A stretch of DNA of 58,791 nt, filler included, from Circinaria calcarea (taxonomy: Eukaryota): NCBI GenBank assembly GCA_051942165.1. It is 10 parts of 10 records of this genome, joined end to end, with 100 filler letters (N's around TTAATTAATTAA, not from the genome) between each part and the next. Parts side by side here need not be neighbours in the genome. Positions count along the whole stretch, not along the records: positions 35,355 to 41,142 come from JAVECS010001787.1; positions 41,243 to 47,029 come from JAVECS010001788.1; positions 47,130 to 52,912 come from JAVECS010001789.1; 7 more parts are not named here. One strand, 5' to 3'. Position numbers and translations under genes: made by a program. Of the stretch, positions 37,720 through 49,659 are shown piece after piece. Numbering within the stretch: the stretch's first letter is position 1; each line of letters begins with the position of its first letter. A model generated the notes under the pieces. The model saw only the letters and a list, made by a program, of their open reading frames with translations. It made no database searches and was not told the DNA's origin.

Positions 37720-39780
37720 AGCTTTTTTTGACCTGGATTTATCGGATAAGATTAGTTTAGATTTTTTTTCCGGTATGCCAATCGACCTGTCGAAAGTATA
37801 ACCTACTGAGTTTAACGATTCAAAGATGAAACCCGCCCGAATCTTCCTTTTCGTGGTTTTGATGCCTACGATTTTGACACCGCCAAAAGCTACTCTAGAT
37901 AAATCTCTCCATCTGGTTCTATAACCTCTGGTGTCCTCTGTTCGGCTTCAGGACCTCTGCAGTACCTTTGATCGTTCAAGAAGCTGGCTTTCGACTGTTT
38001 TTCGATGATATTATCGTACGCCTATACAACGATTGGGAGAAGCCGCTGCGCTGGAACGCTGAATGGATTACAATTGAAGAATCAGGCCATTTACGGAGGT
38101 AATAGAGGGGCGCTGGGGGTGGGCAGTGCAACTGGGGTTATATTGACGGGACTGCACGAAGGATCTACAAGAATCAATGGCTATGTGGTATACAGAGTAT
38201 AAAAGCAATTATTGCTTTAAGATGCAGAGTTTGGTCACCCCGGACGGTCTGATGACCAGTCCTATCGTTCGTTACATTGGGATAAGATCTGATTACGGAT
38301 GGTACGAGAGTCTGAACTGCAGGGTAGATGACGAGAAGTGTCCCCCCCCCCTTCCTCTCGGCTGGAGCCTCCTGCTTGAATGCTATTCTCATTAGCGTAT
38401 TTACAGCTTCTAAACAGATTCCCCCTACGAACGCCTTAACCAACGGCTATAAGGCCTGTAAGGGTCTCCTCGGCATTATGGGAGCTTATGAACGTCCCAA
38501 AGGAGGAAAGCTAACGCATTATCAACATGAGTACAACACGGCTATGTCTAGTTCTCGATTGTCAGTGCAATATGGTTTCGATATGTCAGAAAGGTTTGGA
38601 GATAGTATTTCCAAGGATTAAATGAAAGTCAGTGAGCCCACTCCCCTTATTCCATATATTATTTCTGTTAACATATTGATGTTTATCGTCTATTCTGGCC
38701 TATTAGGCCGCATTCATACTCTATTTAATATGCGGACCTGCTTTCTAGCCTAACCAAACATGCTATCGGTTTGACTTACCCCCTTCATCTCTAGAGTAAG
38801 TTCTTAGACAGTGCCTTTACCGGTGCCAAGCATCTATAGGGGAGTCCTCCCTTCTTCTTTGAGCGACTTCTAACTTCATTATTCCTGCGATCGTTTGTAT
38901 GCTCCTCCCATGCTTTCTAACTATAACCTCGACGGCGTCGATCGGCTCGCTATATATTGGTGGGCTAAGCTTATGCCGTTACGGTAGGTCAAGAGTTTGT
39001 GTTATGATCCATAATATTGGTTTTGCGCCGTTTAAGGGTCTTGTCTACTACATCCCAATTTGTGATGCTGCTGACATTACAGTAGAGCTTTTCTTCATTT
39101 ATTTCTGCCTCCACTGCCGGCTTCCCGTCCTACTCACTTCATATGCTCACCTACTACTCCACAGCCTCAACGGGCTCAAATATACTAATGGTCCTCCCCG
39201 TGCTCTTGCTTCCAGCTTTGCCTCGCTCCTCTCGCTTTTTGGCGTCGCTCTCGCCTCCGCCTTGCTTTCAATACCCGAGTCGTCTTGTTGATTCGTCTTT
39301 TTCATGCTGGGCTAGCTTGGCAGCTGCCTTACTCCCTCTTTTCCTGGATGAACTCCGCCTGCATTTCCTGATAATCATCTAGAACCTTTATCCATTCGTT
39401 AAGGGACTGATCTCGTTCCTCCTGCCCCTCGGCAGAGGCTACTCCATGCTTGTTGATATAAGCTTTCCGCTTTTCTTGCCAGTTGTAGTAGTAATTGCGT
39501 ATAGCGTGAAGATCTTGGCTAGTATTTGGCTGGAACGTCAATTTTGATAGAGTTGTGTACCGTGTACGACTCGCCGACATTGTTTTCTGTAGGATGAGCC
39601 CGCCCGCGTTGTCATTTTTCCTGATGCCCCTGAATTTCCTTTAGTAGTTGCTTTGCCTCGCTTGACCCCTTGGCTGTAGTTGTTTCGGAAGCTGCTGCTG
39701 CCTTTGAGACGTTAGGTAGAGGAGGGCTGCGAGGGAGGGGCCTGAAGTAGACGATACCTGAGTTTCGGGTAGCTTAGTAG
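37720..39780. mobile_element. Degenerate PIF/Harbinger DNA transposon: DDE transposase relic on + (about 37720-38810) and convergent second-ORF relic on - (about 38820-39780)
   Basis: FDRSRSWLSTVF (37967), WGYIDGT (38133), FKMQSLVTPDGL, YNTAMSSSRLSVQYGF and NMRTCF..NQTCYRF; many stops and frameshifts; TIRs not identified. Confidence 0.8.
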
Positions 39781-41142
39781 AGAAAGGGTCAAGAGGAAAC
39801 ATATTGTTGAAAAAACCCCTCGGTTATATTTCAAACGACTGGCCTAGGTGTATAGGAAGCCTTGAAATCAAGTATATCTTCGCGAGGAAGCCCTAGCTGC
39901 TAGATGTGGTTAAAATAGCGATTTTGGACTGCTTTGTACACGTTTCTACTATTCGTTTTACATCTCAACGTGTAATTTACAATTGCAATGGAATTGCAAG
40001 GGTTGCCTTTGCTGGAATGATGTGGAAATATTACAGTTTCGGTTTATAGCTATATTTTCGATCTACATCAGCATTCCCCGATCGACATTTGCCTAATTTA
40101 AATATTATAATAAAACGACCTTATATCTACTTCTTACTTTCATCACGTGCGTGTAGAACCCAGTCCCCCTTTTTCTGAAACCCAATTAATCCTCCTTTCC
40201 TAGCAACCCCCTCCCTTTTCCTAGCAACCCTTCCAATCAATCCTCGTTTCCTAGGACCCAATCCCTCCTTCCTAGACCTCGAATCCCTTTTTTAATTCCG
40301 TCGTAGCAACTGGATGATACCTCCACCGAAGTATCCCGGTTGAAAAAGAGACAAATCGAGATAATCCATATAGGTCGGGACTCATCGCCACGGTGTGCTC
40401 TTCTACGTCTGCTGACGCGCCGTCGCGCTGGGGAAGCCAGTCGATCCTGCAAAGGAAAGTGTGGTGGTGGTTACCGTGGTGGGAGCGAGTTTGGAGTGAG
40501 CTATAGGGGTTTAAAATTGCAAAACAACAATAGTATCAATTCATTATATGCAAGGTACTGCAGGTCGAATTTCGATAGTATCGGTCCTGATCCTATTCAG
40601 ATGGTCCCGGAATGCCATGTAAACCACTACTCAAGTCTAGATATGTTGATAACGTCCCCGAGAATAAGCCATCAGGTAATTATACCCGTGTTGAGGAAAC
40701 ACGATCAGAAAAACACAATTACTACATGAAATAGTTATCTTCACCCCTTGTCAAACGCGCTGGTGGTTTCGCATCAAGGTGAAAGGGAGAATTTAAATGG
40801 AGATACTAGGCTGTTCTGAGCACAAATTACAATGATTTATATACTCTAACGACCTTATCCTCCCAGGGGCAATATGCTGGCTGTTATTGGCGGATGGCAT
40901 GCGGACATTGGAGGGCTTTCAAGAAATATATCCAATCGTGTCTAAAGTGGGAGGCAGTTGTCAGCGGGGAGAAGGTGGAAGATTTGGAGCTCGACTGGTT
41001 GGTTCATACCAAGCAGCTGAAACTACCTCGACCGGATGAAAAGGAAGCGGAATGGTTCGTTGGTGGTCCGGGCTGGAAAGGCGGTCCTCATGGGATCTCT
41101 ACAAGGTGGTAACGGCTAAATCTGTAGTGAGCGTAAGCCTAA

Positions 41143-41242
41143 NNNNNNNNNNNNNNNNNNNNNNNNNNNNNNNNNNNNNNNNNNNNTTAATTAATTAANN
41201 NNNNNNNNNNNNNNNNNNNNNNNNNNNNNNNNNNNNNNNNNN
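41143..41242. other. Artificial contig spacer
   Basis: N44-TTAATTAATTAA-N44. Confidence 0.99.
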
Positions 41243-41243
41243 C

Positions 41244-41468
41244 GACCTCACCAACCTCGACATCTCAAACGGCCAGTGCCTCAACACCACCATCAAGCAA
41301 AACGTCACCTTCAGCTACCAAGGTCTTCCCTTTGGTCTCAGCAAGACGACCGGTTCTAACACTACGGGGGCCGCGTCGGGGAAACTATCAGCCCTGGGTA
41401 GCTGGGGTGGTTTATGGAATTGGAGTGCACTGGCTGTGGTGATGGTGTTGATGCTGGGGGCGTTGTAA
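41244..41468 (+). CDS. 3' end of a probable GPI-anchored protein
   Basis: Open frame DLTNLDISNGQCLNTT...TTGSNTTGAASG...WSALAVVMVLMLGAL*: N-glycosylation sequons, small-residue linker and hydrophobic terminus. Confidence 0.55.
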   Translation, partial: DLTNLDISNGQCLNTTIKQNVTFSYQGLPFGLSKTTGSNTTGAASGKLSALGSWGGLWNWSALAVVMVLMLGAL

Positions 41469-42394
41469 ATACCTATACTTGTTGCGTATGTGCTGCGGGT
41501 GAGAGTTTTGCATGTTCTTCGGCATGGGCCTAGGTCTGGGCTGGGATTGGGCATTTTCCGGGGTTTTTGGCGGTCTTCATGATCCTATTCCCCACGGTTT
41601 CTATGAGGAGGGGTGGGTTTTTTTTTTGGCGCGCACTCGCGTGTATAGATTGGGGAGAGCAGGGAGGTTTCCCAATATTTATAGCTTGCGCACAATACGC
41701 ACTGCAAATGCCAATCATTGGTATTGACCTGCAGCGAAAAGCAGTTATTATATCCGCAGGTAAATAAAACACCAAAAGACGTAATCATTGAAAAAAAATA
41801 AAGATACACTTTATTCCAGGGGGAGGGTATGTTTTCGACGGAAGGAAATATAACAAGGCAACATTGTTTGTCAGGATAGGGGCTAGGCAGGGCTAATCTT
41901 GGGGTATAAAGCGATTATAGAGACGGACACTGCTCCCAGTTCTGGTCTGCAAGGGGTTTGTGGATTAATGGATGGTAATACAGGGTGGAATCAGCTGTAT
42001 TGGCTATGTGTAACTACCACTCTATGTGTATGGACTTCACTATGGAACTATATAACCGAAAAACCTTCTGGTATCATGGGTCTTTGCGTTCGGTGGTTAG
42101 TTTAACCACCCCCGAATACTCATTCCTCCTCCTGTAGAACCCCCTAATTCTTGATAGGGGTATTATTTGCTTAACGCATTAATGATTTGTTTTTTCCTTC
42201 TTGTTTTTTAGAATTTTTTTTGGGGTAAGGCCGTGGAGTACTTTACTTTACTTGAAAAAGTTATCTATGGCGAAGGTATGTGGTCATGTGAGGTATGAGT
42301 AATACGAATGGTTATACGCAAGTGTATTGGAGAAACTAATCGTTATGGTAAGGAGGAAAGGAAACTATGTGCGTGAAAAGGTTTTTTGATTATA

Positions 42395-42549
42395 CTTTGG
42401 TCGGAAGGGTATTAATTGCTAGCGTGGCAGTAGTAAATCACTGCCTAATACAGCTGGAGCCTCGCTGTCCACCAGTAAAAACCGATCAATTAATAAAAAA
42501 GTTGGTGGCTTTAGCGTAACGCTCGCAATTAATACCCATCCGACCAAAG
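42395..42549. mobile_element. MITE of Tc1/mariner type (155 bp, 31-bp TIRs, TA target duplication)
   Basis: Left CTTTGGTCGGAAGGGTATTAATTGCTAGCGT (42395-42425) versus reverse complement of right (42519-42549) CTTTGGTCGGATGGGTATTAATTGCGAGCGT: 29/31 identical; TA on both flanks. Confidence 0.85.
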
Positions 42550-43244
42550 TACGCCAAGACTCCAGTTAAGCGAGGCCTCGCCACCCCCCCTAGGCGTAGA
42601 GCATGACACTCAGGGAGCATCGGGGGCAAACAATACTTGTCCGGGGGCGATATTGGTGGGGTCAGTGCGGGTTAGCAAGCGAAGTCGCTGACCCGCCCGA
42701 ATAAATAATTCCTGTTGAAGGTTCAGCGGGGAGTGGCTTAAGCAATGCATCAAGGCGGTATTCAATGTGTAGGCAATAATCGATATGTTGTGTAACGTGT
42801 ATAGTTCGCAAAGTGCGAAGCCAAGGGGAAAACTCTACAGCCCACGCTAGTACCTAATATGGGCAGTACAGAACTTCTATATAGCATGCTTGGCTCTCTA
42901 TTTAACAGTCTCTAATAAAAGTTCTAGGCTAGGGCCTTTCCCATCCACGAGCAAAGGTAAATGGGATGATTAGCTAAAGGGGGTTTGCTGTTCTGATATT
43001 CCGCGCGCCTGCCTAAACATTCATTCTCCGAGCATTATTAAAAAATTTCAGCGGAACGCCGGAATTAAATCGTAGGTTATTTACGCGGTGGCAGCTTCCT
43101 ACCATGGATAGCCCCCCTTTTTTCTTCTTTGATACAGACAGACACCCGTAAAGGTCTTTTTTGTAGGGAAAATAAATAGAATATCGGACCGCATTATACC
43201 CGAAATCCAATCCTTATCATCCATTCATTATTTTACATTCACAT

Positions 43245-45297
43245 TTACCCAAAATCAAACCTCTCCCGCCCCTTCTTGACGAACCGTAACGGCACAAACC
43301 CGTTGCGCAGCTTAATCGTGATCCTCGTCCCCATGGCATTCCGCAACAGCCACCTCGCCTTCGCCCTCGCCTTCTCCCACACGGCTTTCCGCTCCACCGA
43401 ACTCATCTTCTCCACCTCCTCGTCGCTCGCCCACTCGTCCACAGCGAGCTCGACGCTGTACTCTGTAAACGTGGCGGCGAGGACGGCGAGGATCTCGACC
43501 TGGGCGAAGCGGCGGCCGATGCAGGCGCGGTAGCCTTCACTAAAGGGGATATAGGCGCCTTTGTGCGGACGGAAGAGGTTCGGCGCCGTATCGGGCGCGT
43601 GGTTGATATTGAATTCGTCGGTTTCGGATATTCCATTTTGGAAACTTGAGGCGTCCAAGTTCGACCTCGGTTTGGCCTTGGACTCGGATGGACTGGTAAA
43701 CCAGCGCTGGGGTTTGAATTCTTCGAGGTCGTTGTCGACGTTGGATGTAGGATAGATTGTGTTAGCGGGATCGGATGGTGGTCCCGTGGGCCAGTATTTA
43801 GGGTTTCGATGGACCGCTGTGGCAGAAAGGTTTAACATAGTTCCGGCAGGCATCAGGCATTTCTTGCCCTCGAGAATGATGCTCTGAGGTTGACTGGATG
43901 TGACAGACTTGGGAATATTGACGGCCGGTGGTATGAGGCGAAGGACTTCGTTCATTACGGCGCCTGCCATTCCACCGAATAATTTCGGAAGATCCCGCTC
44001 ATAATCCCACTCGCTTCTGGGCATTTTTTGGAAGATCTCTTTCAAATCTTGCTGGAGTTGACGCTGAGAAGAAACATGCATGGCAAGGAGGATGAAGGAG
44101 AAGTGAAAGATGTTTGCAGAGGTCTCGTGTCCAGCTACAATGAATACAAAGGCATTGCCTAATATCTCGTCATCGCTAAGGGTCTGGCTGGCAGGTTTTT
44201 GATCCTTTTCGAGCAAAGGGGCAGCCTTCATGTTTTCCGCCGTGTATCCAGCCCCTTGGATCAGTGCGCCCATCAAATCCATACCCTCTTGCTTCTCGCC
44301 TGCCGCGGCTTCTGTTTTCTTGGCCTCGAATAACTCATTCATGTACATCTTCCACTCGGTATACGATGTGTAGGCCAATTTCGTACTTTCAAACGGAAGA
44401 GTTTCTAGGAGCAGGCATTAGCTATAGGTAGCGTGATTCAGATGAGTAAAGAGGAGACGTACTAAGAAGAAATCGAGGCATGAGTATGACTGGCAGCAGA
44501 TTGTGTAGCAGCGTTCCCAGTGCATCCGTATAGGTCATGGTATGTCCAGCACCCATCTTCATGCTAGTGATACCAACAGATCCAGAGGTTCTCTTCGTTT
44601 CCTTTTCAGTCGCCGGTCCATCCTCAACGCCTGGCCATAGAAGCCGCACACCGAAGCCGGCTCGGCTGATAATATGGAGACTCAACCTCATCGTGTCCTC
44701 CGCGACCTTTGTCAACGTTCGCACCTCTTCTCCACTAGGCCCTGTCCAGCTTTGGAACATTGCTTGCGCTTGGTGCAGACTTTCCCCCCACACCATGTGG
44801 TTGTTCTTCTCCGTGAATGGGGGACTAGCAATCTTCCGATGCTGCCTCCATACTTGACCCTCTGTCGATACCACATTCTTTCCATATATATCAAGGGCGC
44901 GGTACAGATCTACGGGCTTGGGAAAGTCGTTCCTCCTTGTTGTGATTTGACTGATCGCATTGGCGTCCGCGCACCAGATCATATTGCCACCGGGCGCAAC
45001 CACAATGAAGGTGTCGGCGCCGATGTTCTTGTAAGCTGCATATTGCTGCTCCCAGGTCCATTCCGTTGGCATGACATCAAGCCAAGGGGTCGTCCATTTT
45101 CTAGGTAGTCTTCGCAGGAATGGTAACAGGAAGTTTTGGGTCGTCAGCCAGACGGGCGAGTAGAAATAAATTGGTACTATTACATAGCGCATGTTTGACG
45201 CTCTCGCAGCCGCCAAATTCTTGGAGAAAGAACGATAGGTGGCAACAGTATAAGCCAGGCCAGCAGTAAGCACTGCCAGACCTATCAAGGACATCAT
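43245..45297 (-). CDS. Cytochrome P450 monooxygenase, 2 exons (intron 44405-44462)
   Basis: N-terminal TM anchor, AGHETS (I helix), EVLR, PQRW and PFSEGYRACIG heme motif. Confidence 0.96.
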
Positions 45298-46131
45298 GTT
45301 AAGGGGCAGGACTATCTACTTCCTCTGACTGTAGATGTTTATAAGAACTTGAGATGGGACCTCTTGTCAGAAGAAAAGTCCGAGGTCGATAGAGGACAGC
45401 AGAGGGAAAACAGACAGATGGCGTCGAAGTGAGAGTTTTACATTATCTTCACTAGTATAGCCATGCAGCCACGATGATTCGTACAAACGCTGGTCTCCCG
45501 GAGTTCATTCCTACTACGTAGTATTTGTGGACGGTGGCTCGAGTAGGTAAAGGGTAAAGTAATGACATGGCTCGGTCCTTTTTAGCCCCGGAGTGGACGT
45601 TGAGTGCCAAGTCAAGGAAAAGATTGATAGGGGACGATGAAACAGTGAAATCATTCTGCAAGGCAAACCTCACCACAGCAGCTGTTGCTGAGAGGACAGG
45701 ACGCGTTCGGGGTGCATCGCGCAGCGGCCGAGGTGTGAGATGCATGACGCGCATTAAGGCTTATTCTATTCTAAAACGTATGATTCGCAATGATTGGCAG
45801 TCGGGATTTGGAAGACTGGCTCGGTTGATGGGCCACTGCTCATGTAACTCACACAAGAAGGGGGGAGGAATGCAAGAGGCCAGGCGGAGGGCTCTGTCCG
45901 CAGCTATACGGTAGCTTATACACCTGGAATACAAGGGATGAACATATGGCTGCTTTCAAGGTAAATAGTAGCTTCCAAGCTTGAAATACGCCTGATGATA
46001 TTATTGCCCCTTTTGAGACTGCCAGTCCGGATGCACATTCTTCCTACACGGTACACTGCTCGAGCCATATCCAGTCAGATTGCTTTTCGCCCTTCGCCCT
46101 TCCAATGAAACTCCTACCCCAATCCCTTGTA

Positions 46132-46977
46132 TCAAAGCAAGCCCAGCCCTAGGCCCGCAACGACACCGAGTCCACCGAGAAGTCCACCACCGAGTACTTG
46201 CGCTCCTGCTCCGGTGGTCGCAGATGCTGACGCAGCACCCCCAGACGCGGTCTCTGTCGCAGTGCCTGTTCCACTCGCGGTCCCGGATTCGGTGCCAGTT
46301 GCAGTATCGCTCGCCGTAGCACTCCCAGTCCCACTTGCCACCCCCCCTCCGGTTGCGGTGGGTGAGCCTGTACCGGTTGTCGTCGCGTTATTGGCCGTAT
46401 TCTGGATCAGGCTACCACCTTGCACCCCATTTGTAGGTTCCACATTGGCTGAAGCCGCTGCCGCATTAGCTTCAAAAGCTGGGAAAGATTCGGTGGCCGA
46501 CCTGATAAGTAATAATTAACCGTGGATGTTCTGATAAGTTGCTACTTTGTTGCCAGGGCAGCTGCAAAGAGGGAGAATGGGAGACACATACGGGTTGATG
46601 ATGGCAACCATGCCAGCTTGGCAGTGCTGCATCTGAGAGCAATACAGATAGATGGGATTCGTGTCGTTGATGGAGATAACAAATGAGGTCAACGACTGGT
46701 TGGCGGATACCGGCACATAACCCGAAAAAATACCGTTATCCAACGGAGCGCAGGGACTCTCAAAGGAGCTTTGCGCGACACTATGGTTCTGTGGATAGTA
46801 GGCGAATTGTACTGTAGCGCCCACGGGTGCAAATATCGTCTGAGGATTGAAGAGGAGGCGGCCCCCCAAACCGACAGTGACGGTGAATACAGTGGAATTG
46901 GTCGTGGTGTTGGCTTGGGAAGCTACCAAGCTGCTGAAGCCACCCAAGGCGAAGAGGACGAGAGTTGAAAGCTTCAT
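46132..46977 (-). CDS. Secreted cupredoxin-like Ser/Thr-rich, probably GPI-anchored protein (intron 46502-46591)
   Basis: Signal peptide; NHSVAQSSF and YCSQMQHCQAGMV (H-C-H-M copper ligands); S/T/G-rich stalk; hydrophobic C-terminus. Confidence 0.9.
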
Positions 46978-47029
46978 GTTGTGATTTCTACTTCGATGAC
47001 TGTGGAGACTGGCTGTAAAGTTAGTAGCA

Positions 47030-47129
47030 NNNNNNNNNNNNNNNNNNNNNNNNNNNNNNNNNNNNNNNNNNNNTTAATTAATTAANNNNNNNNNNNNNNN
47101 NNNNNNNNNNNNNNNNNNNNNNNNNNNNN
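47030..47129. other. Artificial contig spacer
   Basis: N44-TTAATTAATTAA-N44. Confidence 0.99.
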
Positions 47130-47160
47130 GGGATGGGATGGGATGGGATGGGAATGGGAT
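47130..47160. repeat. (GGGAT)n simple repeat at contig end
   Basis: Direct read. Confidence 0.85.
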
Positions 47161-47350
47161 TTCTCGTATTTCATCTTCGGCGGAGGGGTTACGAGTAGTA
47201 GTTGGGGTTTTGGGCTGCGGTAAAATATGTATTTTATACGTCATTGGCTTTGGAGAATTATTTACAGTATGGAAATAGAATTGTAATATTTCGCAGCTTA
47301 TTTAAAAATTATATCGAAGAGTAATGCCATTTTCGAAGCACTCTTGATTG

Positions 47351-49659
47351 TCACGCAAATGCAAATGCTATTCTGCGGTCCTCCGTAGAAATACCCATTC
47401 TGATGCAACAATTAAAACACTGGTCGTCAACGACGTAAGTGTCTTCCATTATGTACATACTTCCGCATGCGCCTAATACAGCACACCTAGATAACATGTC
47501 GCCACGGAAGATGTCAATGTCCGTCTCATTCAATCGATATATCCGATAGCGCTCCGTTCCAAGTTGCAACTGGCAAATACCTTGCACTGGGAAGCAAGAT
47601 TTTCTTCCACAGGCAACAATACCTCGAAATTGCTGGATATAATCAACGAGACTTGAGGGGGATACTTGTAGTCGCTGCGTAGTGGAGTTCCCTAATCCCC
47701 GAAACTCAAGGCGTATTTCCAATTTTCTGCTTTCTCCTTTACAATTACCAGTGGATACTGATAGGTTGCAGAAAATATAGCTGGAAGATCTGGACGATTG
47801 TCGTTACTCCAGGGGCGACGTGGATAATCTTCGAGAAAGTCGTAAGCCTTCGAGTCCAACTCAATTCGGCCTTGTACAATATTGATACGTCCGGTAGATT
47901 CTTTCGAGTCGGATAGCTCACGAAGAACATCTAAGTAAGCACACAATCCCCCTGCACAGAGAGCAGATACAATCTCGCTTTGAGGGCCCTTGATCTGAAT
48001 GTTGCACCCCGAGAAGAGCCGCAAGGCACGGAATAGACGAGCACCTGCTCCTGCGTTATATCTGTCCCATCGCTCGTAATTTTCGTCGGCATAGAATGAG
48101 TATAATACTGGATCCATTTTCTCGAATTCTTTGAAGTCTAAGTCGTTTATTTCGAAGTCCGTGTCGTCTTTAGTCCATCTTTTCTCATACTGTTCTTGAT
48201 AAAACAACTCGATACCGCTTAACGTAGGGTACAAGCCGTTTGGCACCGTAACGTCGCTGAGACAGCGAGCTAAGCTTATGATGGTATCGACAATAGCCGG
48301 ATAGCAGTACTGATATTTATCAGGATCATTTTCAAATCCTCGACACAAGGGGCAATTGCAGGCACTTCTTATAGCAAGGAGGTTCGTTTCATACATTGTC
48401 TTGGCGTGGGCAAAGCTTTTCCTGATACCTTCATCCATATATCCTTTCAAACTTGCGAGCTCAGGAAACCATCGGATGACATTTTGAATAAAACCTCTTC
48501 CATAAGAAGCACTACCGTACGTGCGGTTTTGCTGGGTATACAAGAAAGGGACTCCTTCTTCAAACAGTGCAACCGCCTTGAAAATTCTAGCGGCATTACC
48601 AATAGCACAACCTAGAGCTCTTGGCATTTTCAAAAGCAGTACCAAATCCGCACCAAAAGCGGACGACAATATGGTGTCCCAAGGCACCCGCCCACCAGTA
48701 AATACCGTGCATTCAATCAAAGCTTGACGTGGAACCAATTCAATGGCGTTCATTAAGACAAAGGTCTTTCCAGTGGTGTGTATTGAGGAATTTGTATGAT
48801 TGAATGCTGGATCACGCACCCCATCGTCGAAAATGATTAATAACTGTGGGAATTCTCTATTCCTATCTTCTTCTTCCCCTATGTTAGAGTGAAGTACGGA
48901 TCCCTGCCGGTTTGTTACGTTGATTGAAAGACCGAAAACCCATTCTCCTATAGCAGCCAAGCAGCCTGCATCCGCAAGTCCAATGATTGTAATGGACGCA
49001 AGCTCGCCACGGGAAACCCTTCCTAAAGCTAGTAAAGCTTCTGCAATGCTTTCTGCGTCGTGAGAGGAGGATTGCCGCGATTCCCACGGTCGCAGCTGTG
49101 ATGATGCAGAATAGAGATCCACATAAAACCTTACTCTGTTTGGGAAGGAGGTAGACGAAAGGATGCCGGCAAATGCCTTCAGTAAAGCCTTCCATTGTTG
49201 GATGGAAGGTTTCAGGTCTGCTGGGGCTTGACTTGAGTTAACCATCCCGATGAAAACCTCAGCTGTAATGTTTTCCTGATAACACTCCGTTAAGCCTCCG
49301 CAGAGAGCCAAACACACAGCTCCTTGTTCTGTGGTAGCTAAAGTCCGTACTACATTTTTCACCCTAAACCTAAACTAAAGGGTATCTCCAATGCTACGAT
49401 AAGAATGCAGACTTGCCATTGCTTCCTCAATGTGGGTACGGCCAATTGGAGCTAACTTGAAATTATTGCATAGTGCTTGTGCGACGACTGCGGTATAAGG
49501 GTCCACGCCAGCAGCTGAAAACCGCGATAATACTCCCACAGATGCCGAAAAGGTAGTGGCGACTAACTGGCCCCATTCAACCGATCCTTGTTGAGGAAAG
49601 GCACTGACGCTCGCTAGGATACCTGACGAGCTGTCATTAAAGGTAATACGGTTAGACAT
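47351..49659 (-). pseudogene. Disrupted large (about 770 codon) intronless uncharacterised fungal protein
   Basis: Three ORF-track pieces are collinear: an in-frame TAG at 49375-49377 and a frameshift near 47720; Cys motifs CNCPLC and CFNCC. Confidence 0.75.

Noticed and set aside
40800..41112. Possible phosphotransferase-like relic
   Set aside because: Motif resemblance too weak and fragmentary.
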